Source: Methanobacteriota archaeon (GTDB taxonomy: Archaea > Thermoplasmatota > Poseidoniia > MGIII > CG-Epi1). Taken from it: 47,174 nt of DNA. Under the pieces are notes generated by a model. It ran no database searches. It was not told the origin of the DNA and was given only the letters and a program-made list of their open reading frames with translations. The stretch's first letter is position 1. Every line of letters begins with the position of its first letter. Positions 1 through 9,655 of the stretch are shown piece by piece. A program made the translations under genes and the position numbers. The stretch is taken from the NCBI GenBank assembly GCA_016845825.1, contig JAERSJ010000108.1, forward strand, positions 1 to 47,174. The letters are read 5' to 3'.

Positions 1-2233
1 TATCAGAAATATCGATATCAATTGCATCTGATTTCGCATCATAAATCATCGAGTTTGATAGGCTTATTTCACTCGAATACAAAATATGAATAAGATCATC
101 ATAGTTAACATTATTGGAAATGCTAAGGTTAGACATATCGACCCTTTTAGAAGAATAAATAGAGAACATCCCAGTAAATACATACCCATCAAAAGTGCCA
201 CCACTACCGCCTGACATATTTGTATATTTAAAAGTCGAATCACTAGTTCCCTCACCAACGAGAGCTACAACTCCCCACGGATGTTCTCCAGCTCCAGCTC
301 TTATAAATTTAATATTTTTTTCTTGAGACCCAATAGATTTAACTCTATTTTTAAAAATAACTGATGCATCTGGGCCCAATTCGATGATTGTACCGGGCAA
401 TATAGTAATCGGCTGGTCAATGATCACTAGCTTCTCGATATAGACCGTACCCTGCCAAACCAATTCTTCGACTTCGGGTGCAAGATTCAACGGCGTATTA
501 CCTATTGCGCTGGAGTACTTTTTAAGGTCTATATCTCTCTCAGAAAGCTTAAATTCATTAGACCCAAAAAACATGACAGATACTTCTGTAACTGGAGCCG
601 CTTCATCAAGTAAGAATGAAAATATTGTGGGTTTTATTTCGAATCCAACACCAGCTTTAAACGTTGTTATCCGTGACCTATCATCTTGAGGCCTTATTCT
701 ATTTGAGGTCAAAGCAATATCAAATATAGAGCATCCATTCTGATCTACTGTACCTTCAAATAGAAGGGAGTCTTGGCTCGCTATCCAAAGCCGCTTGGGC
801 TGCGCACCGACAATTGAGCATACTTTTATTTTGTTAGTAGGTGTATAGGCGTCAATGACAAGATCTAACCTATCCCCAGTTTGCCTCCAAGAGACTAATT
901 TGGGTGATTCAAGACCTCTCTTAAGTTCACTCTCAATAAAATCTATTCTTTGCAAAAGCTTTTTGAATTCACGTTCCATAGCGCCATCAAACATCAAGCT
1001 CTTATCAAACTCATTTGTAAGGGCAAATTGAACGTGAGACGGATCATCTCTCCATGACTGCTTTATGAATTCAAAGATACGGGAAGCCTCTTTTCTTATT
1101 TCGCTATAGAAGTCCTTCTCAATAAGACTGTTCAGTATTTTATACTTTTCATAAAGGAAACTGGAGTTGTTGGTATAAACCTCGGTTAAAGCATGTGCAG
1201 CATTGTCCATTATAAATGGCTCTGTAACCAGTAAGCGGGATTTTGTATCATTGAAAATTGTGTCAAAAGCTATAGGATAAACTTCGCCTCGCCAGGGATC
1301 ACTGATAAGGTACATATTGTTTGCTTCATAGTTGTGCCAAGACTGCATAATAGTTTCATATGCAGAGAATCGGGCCCACCGCTCCACGTTAGCAATCTTT
1401 TTTAGCTTCTGTAATTTCGAGAGATCATTTACAGAGGACCTTGTTAAAGTCAAAAATTCTTCTAGATCAGAGTAATCAGACTCAGCCCGAGCATTGAACA
1501 CAGCTCTTTTTTCCCACAAATATGGGTTATTAAAAAGGTCGTTATCCTGATTAAGTGGCTTGTCTGTTCTGGAGGGAGTGCCTTTATATACGTTAACAGG
1601 CATGGAGCCAGTCATTCTTAAGAAGTTTTCATCTATATGCTGAGTCTCTAGATACAGCCCCTGGTACTTATCATTAATATACAGTTCCACAAATTGGTAC
1701 TTTGGAACTGAAATATTCATCCGCTGAGCTATGTAGTAACCCAAATAGGTATTGATGAGGGCAGTGTCTCTAGGTAAAGAATAATTGAACACCCTCATTC
1801 CATCTTTTAAATTGCTTTTCTTTCTTTTAATTCTCCAGGACTTTTTATCATGCAACCAATTATTTGGGTTATCTCCTCTGTGCTTGACACTTATTTTTTT
1901 TAGTTCACCTGCGTCAACGATAAGACCATCAACCCACTCTTTAACTGAGAGTGGAAGTTTCGCTACTAACTTCTTTTGGTTCTTCTCTGATATGTATAAC
2001 CGTACTTTTTCGACATTAGTGCTATGTGGCCGACGAATTGACTTATAAGACTTTTCGAAAGAACTAAGGACATCCATTTCAACAGAATTATATTCTCCGA
2101 GTGACTGTCCTTCTAAAATATACACTGACTTCCATAAAGCGCCAATTGAGTTAACCGAGCCCACTAGAAAAGCTATCAACACAATAATCAGCACAGATAG
2201 ACCAGTTCTTTTTTGTTGTTTTGAGAGAGTCAC
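1..2233 (-). CDS. CotH-family kinase fused to right-handed parallel beta-helix domain (3' end runs off the window)
   Basis: Absent from the ORF track. GTG at 2233 lies 1 bp after the upstream stop. Manual translation of segments gives MTLSKQQKRTGLSVLIIVLIAFLVG (membrane anchor), KHRGDNPNNWLHDKKSWRIK, PKYQFVELYINDKYQGLYLETQHIDENFL and HNYEANNMYL..VYPIAFD (CotH-like), then TILPGTIIELGPDASV..PWGVVAL..DAIDIDISD (beta-helix-like), with first and last segments in the same frame. Confidence 0.8.
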   Translation of the reverse strand, partial: MTLSKQQKRTGLSVLIIVLIAFLVGSVNSIGALWKSVYILEGQSLGEYNSVEMDVLSSFEKSYKSIRRPHSTNVEKVRLYISEKNQKKLVAKLPLSVKEWVDGLIVDAGELKKISVKHRGDNPNNWLHDKKSWRIKRKKSNLKDGMRVFNYSLPRDTALINTYLGYYIAQRMNISVPKYQFVELYINDKYQGLYLETQHIDENFLRMTGSMPVNVYKGTPSRTDKPLNQDNDLFNNPYLWEKRAVFNARAESDYSDLEEFLTLTRSSVNDLSKLQKLKKIANVERWARFSAYETIMQSWHNYEANNMYLISDPWRGEVYPIAFDTIFNDTKSRLLVTEPFIMDNAAHALTEVYTNNSSFLYEKYKILNSLIEKDFYSEIRKEASRIFEFIKQSWRDDPSHVQFALTNEFDKSLMFDGAMEREFKKLLQRIDFIESELKRGLESPKLVSWRQTGDRLDLVIDAYTPTNKIKVCSIVGAQPKRLWIASQDSLLFEGTVDQNGCSIFDIALTSNRIRPQDDRSRITTFKAGVGFEIKPTIFSFLLDEAAPVTEVSVMFFGSNEFKLSERDIDLKKYSSAIGNTPLNLAPEVEELVWQGTVYIEKLVIIDQPITILPGTIIELGPDASVIFKNRVKSIGSQEKNIKFIRAGAGEHPWGVVALVGEGTSDSTFKYTNMSGGSGGTFDGYVFTGMFSIYSSKRVDMSNLSISNNVNYDDLIHILYSSEISLSNSMIYDAKSDAIDIDISD

Positions 2234-2234
2234 T

Positions 2235-3230
2235 TTAAGAATCGCAAGAGGTGGAATTATTAAGAGCTAATTTTTTAATCGTTGCTTCAATTACGACCTT
2301 ATCCGCTAAGTGATCGACAATACCCGGCAACTCAAAAAAAATATTCTCTCCCCTAGGGTTCATCGAAATAACGCTACCATCGATAAAGTAACCAGTTTCA
2401 GGGTAGAGAGAAATAGCATCTTCTTTGTAAGAGCGAAAAAGTCGGCCCTCTGAATAAAGTTGTATATTGTGAAAAGACACTTCTAATCCGCCACCTACGG
2501 CCAATCTTAAAGATGGTGAAATTAGCTGATTTTGACCTCCAAGTATAAATTCATATTTTGTCCGCTCACCCAACTGGACACCTTCATTCAAAAATAAATC
2601 TCGAACATTATCTTTCGAAAACTCCAGCGCCAATCTTCTAAAACCAATACCAAGAAGCGTTGACGACTTAGACTCTTTATAGTCTCCAAATTGCGCACTC
2701 TTGTATGCAGCGCACCATGCTTTCTTATCCTCTGTATCACTGGATTTTCGAACTATAATATTCGCCAATTGGAAAATACGCTGGTCTGAGGGAAGAATCA
2801 TCATTGCCTTATCAAGATAGCTTAAAGATTTTTCTACGTCTTTAAATTGGTAAGCACTTGCCAACATGATATTAATATCTATATGCCTCGGATTTAAAAA
2901 ATAAACTTTTTCTAAAAGATCAATAAATCTTTCTCGCTCTTCCCTTAAGACAGCCACCTCATATGCTTTCTTAACATTTTCCAACAGGCCTGGTGTGAGT
3001 CGATTGTTTTGTCCGCCATAAGAATTTGCTAAATCATATTGCCGATACAGCCATGGTAAGACTCTATCGAAATCGCGAGTAACAAGCCCACCCTTCATCG
3101 ACTGCATAAACGCAAACTCAGGAAAGTGTATGATCCCTGTAAAAATTATATGGCGTGCTTTAGGTTGCGCTAACAATGTAAGCATGCCTAGAAATACCGT
3201 AATAAATATTATTAAAATTGACTTTCTCAT
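2235..3230 (-). CDS. Membrane-anchored TPR-like hypothetical protein
   Basis: N-terminal hydrophobic helix; TPR-like helices (LLEKVYFLNPRHIDINIMLASAY, SLSYLDKAMMILPSD); 4-bp overlap with upstream gene. Confidence 0.6.
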   Translation of the reverse strand: MRKSILIIFITVFLGMLTLLAQPKARHIIFTGIIHFPEFAFMQSMKGGLVTRDFDRVLPWLYRQYDLANSYGGQNNRLTPGLLENVKKAYEVAVLREERERFIDLLEKVYFLNPRHIDINIMLASAYQFKDVEKSLSYLDKAMMILPSDQRIFQLANIIVRKSSDTEDKKAWCAAYKSAQFGDYKESKSSTLLGIGFRRLALEFSKDNVRDLFLNEGVQLGERTKYEFILGGQNQLISPSLRLAVGGGLEVSFHNIQLYSEGRLFRSYKEDAISLYPETGYFIDGSVISMNPRGENIFFELPGIVDHLADKVVIEATIKKLALNNSTSCDS

Positions 3231-4213
3231 CTAGACACACCAAATAAAGTTTGTGCTGAATATTCGCTTGGAGGAACCTCGGAAAGTAACGATTCACCCC
3301 TAAAAAACCTGATAACTTCTTGCGTTGCTTCTATTTCCATACTGGATCTACAATCTACTGTCATTGAACCCATATGCGCAGTATTAATACAATTATCGCA
3401 ATACGACAGTTTTCCAAAATATGGCTCTTGTTCATAAGTATCTATAGCTGCACCCCCAATAATTCCATCCTCGAGGGCATTAAATAAGTCATCTTCGTTT
3501 ATTATCCCGCCTCTCGAAGTATTAATGATATAGGCAGATTCCTTCATCAACCTGAGTTGATCTTTCGTTATCATATTGTATGTTTTGTTAGTTAACGGTA
3601 CATGAAGGGAAATGATATCTGAGTTTGCATAAATATGTTCTTTACTGCAAACAGTAACATGGTCTCCGAAACCCTGTAAATTATCATTAATATCATTGAT
3701 AAAAATATTTTTCGAGCCAAAGCCAATGAGGTGATTTATAACCCTACGTCCAATTCGCCCACCTCCAATAATCCCTATATTAATTTGCGATAGCCTACAG
3801 CCAAAATACCTCTCCCATTTGCCGTTAAGGAAATCGGTATTCGACTTAGTAATAGATCTTGCTAATGAGAGCATTAAACCTATTGCTAACTCCGCCACAG
3901 CTGGCGCGGGCGCGTCAGGGGTGTATGATACCTTGACTTTATTCCTTTTAGCTGCACTTAAATCGACAGAGTCCAGGCCGATACCGACGCGAGATATAAA
4001 CCGTAGATTCTTTCCACGATCAAAAACTTCCTGACCTATCTCTTCTGTGCCTGCGATTATAGCATCGAAATCCGTTATTAATTCAGCTAGCTCTCCAGGC
4101 TGAAGCTTTCTATTAAGTGGGTTTATAACATATTCGATATGGTTCTCATCAAGAAGATCTAAAGGTTGAGAATTCATATTTCCAAAAGGTATTGTTGTCA
4201 CCAAAACTTTCAT
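3227..4213 (-). CDS. Phosphoglycerate dehydrogenase-like D-2-hydroxyacid dehydrogenase
   Basis: SRVGIGLDSVD, GIIGGGRIG Rossmann motif, SLHVPLT, INTSRGGII, TAHMGS; no ACT domain. Confidence 0.9.
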   Translation of the reverse strand: MKVLVTTIPFGNMNSQPLDLLDENHIEYVINPLNRKLQPGELAELITDFDAIIAGTEEIGQEVFDRGKNLRFISRVGIGLDSVDLSAAKRNKVKVSYTPDAPAPAVAELAIGLMLSLARSITKSNTDFLNGKWERYFGCRLSQINIGIIGGGRIGRRVINHLIGFGSKNIFINDINDNLQGFGDHVTVCSKEHIYANSDIISLHVPLTNKTYNMITKDQLRLMKESAYIINTSRGGIINEDDLFNALEDGIIGGAAIDTYEQEPYFGKLSYCDNCINTAHMGSMTVDCRSSMEIEATQEVIRFFRGESLLSEVPPSEYSAQTLFGVSR

Positions 4214-4225
4214 ATCAATCGATCC

Positions 4226-5659
4226 TTAGGTGCATGTATTATTAACAGCGACCGAGATCAAATATTCATATATTCGCTTGGATACATGCGAGTCTGAATA
4301 ACAATAATCACTATTTTTAATTATTTTTTGAGTAGATTCGACCCTAGGAGGGGCAAGAATACATCGCTTTAAATTTTTATAGTCGCTTATCACATTTTCG
4401 TCTGCATGGACAAACTGATTGATAAAAGGATTCCCTTTATCTGGATCTAAAAAAATAACATTTAATCCATGTCCTGCCAGCTCATAACCCATACTCGAAC
4501 CATAGGTAATGATAAATTTTGACCGGTACGCCAACTCGTAACTATCGATATTTTTCTCTAAATATGTAATACCGCTGCCCTCTATGATCTCCAACTCTTT
4601 TTTATCAAAAATCCAACTAGGGTGATGCTTTATTGCTATACGCAAGTTTTGTGACTCACTCGCGAGCTTAACTAACCACGCAACAGATTTGTAATAACCT
4701 CTCCAGTCAGTTCTTGAAGAAGTTATGGCATTTATCCCTACAAACAACACATCAATGCTTGGACTCTTCTTCAGAGTAGCTGTATCTAATTTGCGTATAG
4801 ATTTTTCCATAGCAAATGACCCAACTGGAAAAACATGATCTACCCTCCCTCCAAGAGACAGCGCATCTTGCAACGTTTTATCGCCATAGGAGAAAAAAAT
4901 ATCAATGTCATAGAACAATGCTAGACCATCATGTTGAACGATATTTTTCTGAACACATGCTGCCACAACACCACCAGACTGTTTAAACAAATGATTCTTT
5001 AACGCATTAGTTCTACCTAAATTTCTATCTTGGATCATATATTTGGCAGAAAAAATCTTGAAAAGAGAGTAGTAATATAAATAATCATTAATAAAGAATG
5101 AATGCAGATGAATCAGATTTATATTTAGCCTAAAGGAATACCAAACCAAAAAAACAAGATCCCTAAAAAAGAATCTGAGACTGCCACGCAGCAAAAGACT
5201 CCTATCATAGCCCTTTAAAATCTCACGAGAAATGACAACACTGGTATCTGATTTAATATTCCTAGATTTAGCAACGTAAACAGTTTGCGGGGATGTAAAC
5301 TCCTGCTCCAATGAATACCATCTATCAAGCTCATTCTGCTGTTGAATATCATCAATCAATAATGAAAACTTTTGACTCTTCCCTATTATTTTCTTTGAAA
5401 ATACAAAAACTGAAAGCATAAGCCCAAGATATTTGATGATGGATACAATTAGATAATTTAAGGAAAGAGCCCGGTTAAATTTAGATAACTTCAAATCATA
5501 GTTAGAAGCTATTCTTTGTTTTATATACTGTGAACTTACCTTATGCGGGACACCAAATCTGTCTGAGTAAAAAGAACCAATCTCCTCTCCAACCTGATCG
5601 GTAAACATAGAGGTAATTTTTAATTCCAAAATTTTTACGGTCGCAAAACTTTTACTCAT
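4226..5659 (-). CDS. Putative GT-B-type polysaccharide transferase (CMP-donor/sialyltransferase-like), uncharacterised
   Basis: 477 aa; C-terminal IAIKHHP and ITYGSSMGYE resemble HP and S(S/T) motifs of CMP/CDP-donor transferases; gene context. Confidence 0.5.
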   Translation of the reverse strand: MSKSFATVKILELKITSMFTDQVGEEIGSFYSDRFGVPHKVSSQYIKQRIASNYDLKLSKFNRALSLNYLIVSIIKYLGLMLSVFVFSKKIIGKSQKFSLLIDDIQQQNELDRWYSLEQEFTSPQTVYVAKSRNIKSDTSVVISREILKGYDRSLLLRGSLRFFFRDLVFLVWYSFRLNINLIHLHSFFINDYLYYYSLFKIFSAKYMIQDRNLGRTNALKNHLFKQSGGVVAACVQKNIVQHDGLALFYDIDIFFSYGDKTLQDALSLGGRVDHVFPVGSFAMEKSIRKLDTATLKKSPSIDVLFVGINAITSSRTDWRGYYKSVAWLVKLASESQNLRIAIKHHPSWIFDKKELEIIEGSGITYLEKNIDSYELAYRSKFIITYGSSMGYELAGHGLNVIFLDPDKGNPFINQFVHADENVISDYKNLKRCILAPPRVESTQKIIKNSDYCYSDSHVSKRIYEYLISVAVNNTCT

Positions 5660-5690
5660 TCTAACATCTCCCTAACCCTAGCCTAGAATG

Positions 5691-6155
5691 CTAGTGATCA
5701 CTTCCGACGTTAACTTTGATTGTAACTTTTTTAATAAACTCTGCAGTACCGTCACAATGTTTAGGAGAATGCCCGTCCTTTTCAAAAAAAATGGCGAAAA
5801 TACCATTTCCAATGTCAGCATATGTTGATTGGCTATGTGGACTTGTGAAATAAGTTCGGTCCTCTTCGTCTTGATATGGGACTTCTGTATCCATACCTTC
5901 AATCGGCGACCACAAAACTTTTTCTATTCCATAAATTGGGTACTGTATATCTATTACTCTCTTATGAGACTCAAATAGAATACTGCTTTGATCTGACGTC
6001 ATGTACTCCTCAACAATTGCTTTGACGTTATCATTTATAGTGTAAACACCTAATTCGACATCAGGTTTCATGTCCTTTAAAAACAAAAGGCCCTTATAGA
6101 TATCAGGCGATAGATTCTTATAAATCTCTATATTGCTGAGGGTGTCTATTATCAT
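5691..6155 (-). CDS. YhcH/YjgK/YiaL (NanQ-like) family protein
   Basis: MIIDTL start, FESHKRVIDIQY, FAIFFEKDGHSP, IKKVTIKV family motifs. Confidence 0.9.
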   Translation of the reverse strand: MIIDTLSNIEIYKNLSPDIYKGLLFLKDMKPDVELGVYTINDNVKAIVEEYMTSDQSSILFESHKRVIDIQYPIYGIEKVLWSPIEGMDTEVPYQDEEDRTYFTSPHSQSTYADIGNGIFAIFFEKDGHSPKHCDGTAEFIKKVTIKVNVGSDH

Positions 6156-6182
6156 TCTATATTATCCAATAATATCGGTAAA

Positions 6183-7142
6183 TCAAACCGTCTTCCTTAA
6201 AAACACTCTATAATGATCACCCAACAAAAGATCATTTAAAGTATCCTGCATATTAATGATTCTCTCAGTGATATCTACCTCAAATTCTTCTAAAAGGATA
6301 GTTTGTAAATCCAAGCCATTTGTTTCGATTGATACTATCTCCAGATCAAAATCCTGAGCAATTTTTTCTATTACCGTCTTTGAAAAAAATATGTTATGCC
6401 TACCACTTTCTATGTACCGAGTGGGGGAAAAAGGAACCTTTTTTAAATATTCACTAATAAAGCAATTTGCAGACGGAACCTCAAAAACAATCATTCCAGA
6501 AGGGTCTAATACTTCACATGCTTTTTTTACAGCTAAAACAGGATCTGAAAGATGTTCAAGTACTCCCCAGAAGGTGACAACATCAAATTTTTTTTCAAAA
6601 CTCATTTCATTGAAATCACCATGATGAATTGTAATATTGTGCGTACTAGTTGAGTTAGGGGAGGGATCCACGCCTTCTGAATTCCATCCATTTTCATTAC
6701 ATATGTCGAGGAAAGTGCCACTGCCGCAACCGACATCCAACAAATCAACTTCATCTTTTTCTAGTAATACTCGAATTTGCTCGAATTTTCTCTGCTCAAG
6801 TATGCCTTTTCTTAATTTGCTCCCTTTTTTTACTAGATTATCCTGATAGTATTGATAAGTTCCATCACTATATAACGACTCCAACACCCCATCTCTCAAA
6901 TGAGGTTTTGTATAAAGGGAGTTGCATGATAAACAGCGATGGTAGGCAAAATTATCAATCTCGAATTCTTCAACACTTAGCTCTGCTTGACATATGGGAC
7001 ATGCTCTGACGTGAAAGTATTCAGCCTTAGGCGAACCATCCTTGGTGAACCATTTTTTTATACTTTTTGAAAAAAACTCATGTACGCTTACCAAGTCTTG
7101 TTTTGACTTTAAGAGAAATAAGTCCAATTTTATTTTATCCAT
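6183..7142 (-). CDS. Class I SAM-dependent methyltransferase with N-terminal Zn ribbon
   Basis: CPIC...CLSC; LLDVGCGSG; FDVVTFWGVLEHLSDP; FEVP. Confidence 0.9.
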   Translation of the reverse strand: MDKIKLDLFLLKSKQDLVSVHEFFSKSIKKWFTKDGSPKAEYFHVRACPICQAELSVEEFEIDNFAYHRCLSCNSLYTKPHLRDGVLESLYSDGTYQYYQDNLVKKGSKLRKGILEQRKFEQIRVLLEKDEVDLLDVGCGSGTFLDICNENGWNSEGVDPSPNSTSTHNITIHHGDFNEMSFEKKFDVVTFWGVLEHLSDPVLAVKKACEVLDPSGMIVFEVPSANCFISEYLKKVPFSPTRYIESGRHNIFFSKTVIEKIAQDFDLEIVSIETNGLDLQTILLEEFEVDITERIINMQDTLNDLLLGDHYRVFLRKTV

Positions 7143-7170
7143 TTTACTTACTGACCTTTACAAGTTGGCT

Positions 7171-7845
7171 TTAATTATCGTTCTTAGCGAATAGACGTTT
7201 AAACATTAATTCGCAAAAATCAAAATCTTCTTGAGTATCAATATCCCAAGAACTTAACTTATCCATATAATAGAAACTGGGTGAACTCCCGACACAAGAG
7301 CCCCACTTAATCATATCAGTTCTTTTGAGAATATTTATCGCAAAGGTTAAAGAACATAACCCATGAAGATCTTGAGATCTTGGCCAAGGATTTGGAACAA
7401 AATTGACGGGTACGCCATTGTAAAAAATATTTTCTTGGACATTAATAGCACTCAGAAGACAGTCATAACTAGTTTCCATCTCACGATATAACTCTACTGC
7501 TTTAGAATAAACATGTGAATCCGATAGAGGATTTGTCGCGTTTATCCAAGCAATATTATCACCCTCAATCTCAGATGCGATAAAAGAATACACTTCGCTC
7601 ATCGGGATGTCGCTTGTTGAGTACTTAGGGTCACGTTCATGAATATCAAATCCATTAGCGATCGCAATATCCAAGACTTTCGGGCTCTCAGACGAGACAA
7701 TTAATTTATCAAAACCTTCAGCTCTGGATAGCTGATCTAGCTTTACTTCTAGTAAAGATTTGCCATGAAACTCTCTTAAATTTTTATTTGGAACTCTCTC
7801 CGAAGTCCCCTTGATAGGAATCAAACCAACAATACTACCAATCAT
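7171..7845 (-). CDS. Acylneuraminate cytidylyltransferase (NeuA-like CMP-ulosonate synthetase)
   Basis: IPIKGTSERVPNKN, ATNPL, PRSQDL, DIDTQEDF. Confidence 0.88.
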   Translation of the reverse strand: MIGSIVGLIPIKGTSERVPNKNLREFHGKSLLEVKLDQLSRAEGFDKLIVSSESPKVLDIAIANGFDIHERDPKYSTSDIPMSEVYSFIASEIEGDNIAWINATNPLSDSHVYSKAVELYREMETSYDCLLSAINVQENIFYNGVPVNFVPNPWPRSQDLHGLCSLTFAINILKRTDMIKWGSCVGSSPSFYYMDKLSSWDIDTQEDFDFCELMFKRLFAKNDN

Positions 7846-7924
7846 GCTGAAAACACTCCCTTAATTGAAGTAATAATTTAAAATAAATTTTTAGAACGCG
7901 CTGGTCACATCTATTTACCAATAT

Positions 7925-9655
7925 TTACGCGTCAGCTTGTCCGATTCCCTCTTCTAAAGTTTGGAACCAATCATCATCCCAACAGATGCTGCTCAACCCG
8001 AATTTCTTAAGGAAGATTCCTACCACCATCTGTACCGAATCTGAATACCACCACTCATCATAGTCATCTTTAACTTCCATAATGTGTTTTAATAAAGAGT
8101 TTTCATCATAATGCAGTACACCACACGCTCTTAACTCGTTGAAAAATTCTGCCGCCATCTGGTTCATTTCCCAATACTCTTCTCTGATAAATAAACAGGT
8201 TGGTATATTTAGCGTCAGAGCTTCTAAAAAAACTGTTGAATCATAACTAACAATAACCAACGCAGATCTCGAGAAACTTTCAATGAGAGATTGTTCGTTA
8301 GAGTATACGAAATTGGATATTCCAAATTTGCCGTATTCGATATCTAAATCCCATAAATCTCTTCCACTTTTAAGCCTGATGAGAATATCATCTTTGAAAA
8401 CTGGACCATCGAGTGTATTGAAGAATCGAGAATGTAATTCTAGGCAACCATTGAAACTAGTAGATAACGGCGAAGAATCAATATGATTACTATATCTAGA
8501 AACACTATATGGTATAAATAAAATCTTATTATCAGATTTTTTGATTTCTAAATCTCGTAACAAAGAGAGCTTGGGAGAAGGCCAATTACAGTTTCCCCAG
8601 CCCCAAGAATAAAAACGATCAGCTATCTCTTCGGTTAACTTTCCGGGTCCATTGAATAGCGCAGTACCATGATGTCCTCCATGAACCGTAACCCATAATT
8701 TAGTACCATCATTTTTTTTTCTAGCACACCACACTTTAAAGTGCTCATTAGAAAAATAAGCACCTGAAGTAACGATAAGGTCCACATTCTCTGGAAAAAT
8801 TTTCTTAGAATCTTCTTCTAAAGATCGATATCCCTCCAAATAAGAGATCGGAATATTTAATGGAATAAGCTTATCAATAAGTCGTTCAAAACCTGTGTCA
8901 TCAGAACTAGGAGTAAAAAAATTGGCGCGCATATCCCAGTTTAACTTGAACGATTTAGGCTTAGCTCTTAGGTAGTAGGCAAAAGACAAACTTTTCAATT
9001 TATAAAGTAATTTGTAAAGAAACCTCTGGGGTAAATCAACTTCCACAAACACAACTTTTCTGTCTTTATTTCTTAAAAATTTTGTCATTGCAAACAAGAA
9101 GGATTTTATTTTTGATGGCTTTCTTAGAGGATATCTTATGTTGGATGGATTCAATTTGAATGATGTTTCTTTCACTTTAACTAAGCCAGTGAATTTTATG
9201 ATTTCCGAAAATAAATAATGATTCCACTCGTCGCTATAAAATTGATAGTTAAAATCAACATAGTCTAAAGGCACCCAATCATCGCGATCATATGAAGCTA
9301 GCCTAGCGTAGTCAATGTCATAGTTTTTAGATGCAAAAGAGAGTGTTTCATAACGATCTAAAAGGATTGAGATAAAATAATGAAGCCAAGGACCAACAAT
9401 AACTCGCCAGAATTCAACAGAGTGGTTAACTTTGTGCTTTAGATTTAATGACTGAGTCATTTTTAACAAATACTTTTCATAAAGTTTCCATACCAATTGG
9501 TAATCTCTAAAAAGCTTACTTCTATCATCCCAATGGTACTCTGATATCATTGCCGTACGGTTATTAGATGGGTCACACCATGCACCTAAGAGTAGAGTAT
9601 TTAACTCAGAATCGCCCCTATCCAAAGGTGTAAGTTCTAATACGAGTTTACTCAT
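7925..9655 (-). CDS. LIC12162-family putative transferase
   Basis: LLGAWC, YHWDDRSKL, LN.KH.V.HS.EFWRVIVGPWL..F...L.DRY, HGG, FYSWGW, YDSTVFLEAL, WWYSDSVQ match my recollection of this O-antigen-locus family. Confidence 0.78.
   Translation of the reverse strand: MSKLVLELTPLDRGDSELNTLLLGAWCDPSNNRTAMISEYHWDDRSKLFRDYQLVWKLYEKYLLKMTQSLNLKHKVNHSVEFWRVIVGPWLHYFISILLDRYETLSFASKNYDIDYARLASYDRDDWVPLDYVDFNYQFYSDEWNHYLFSEIIKFTGLVKVKETSFKLNPSNIRYPLRKPSKIKSFLFAMTKFLRNKDRKVVFVEVDLPQRFLYKLLYKLKSLSFAYYLRAKPKSFKLNWDMRANFFTPSSDDTGFERLIDKLIPLNIPISYLEGYRSLEEDSKKIFPENVDLIVTSGAYFSNEHFKVWCARKKNDGTKLWVTVHGGHHGTALFNGPGKLTEEIADRFYSWGWGNCNWPSPKLSLLRDLEIKKSDNKILFIPYSVSRYSNHIDSSPLSTSFNGCLELHSRFFNTLDGPVFKDDILIRLKSGRDLWDLDIEYGKFGISNFVYSNEQSLIESFSRSALVIVSYDSTVFLEALTLNIPTCLFIREEYWEMNQMAAEFFNELRACGVLHYDENSLLKHIMEVKDDYDEWWYSDSVQMVVGIFLKKFGLSSICWDDDWFQTLEEGIGQADA

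Noticed and set aside
64..2048. Track ORFs 64..258 (-) and 1785..2048 (+)
   Set aside because: Both lie inside the longer CotH/beta-helix frame and are shadow ORFs.
3227..4213. serA of serine biosynthesis
   Set aside because: No ACT domain and glycan-locus context; only a family-level call is supported.
8712..8720. T9 homopolymer in the LIC12162-family gene as a phase-variation tract
   Set aside because: Frame is intact and A/T runs are common throughout this AT-rich island.
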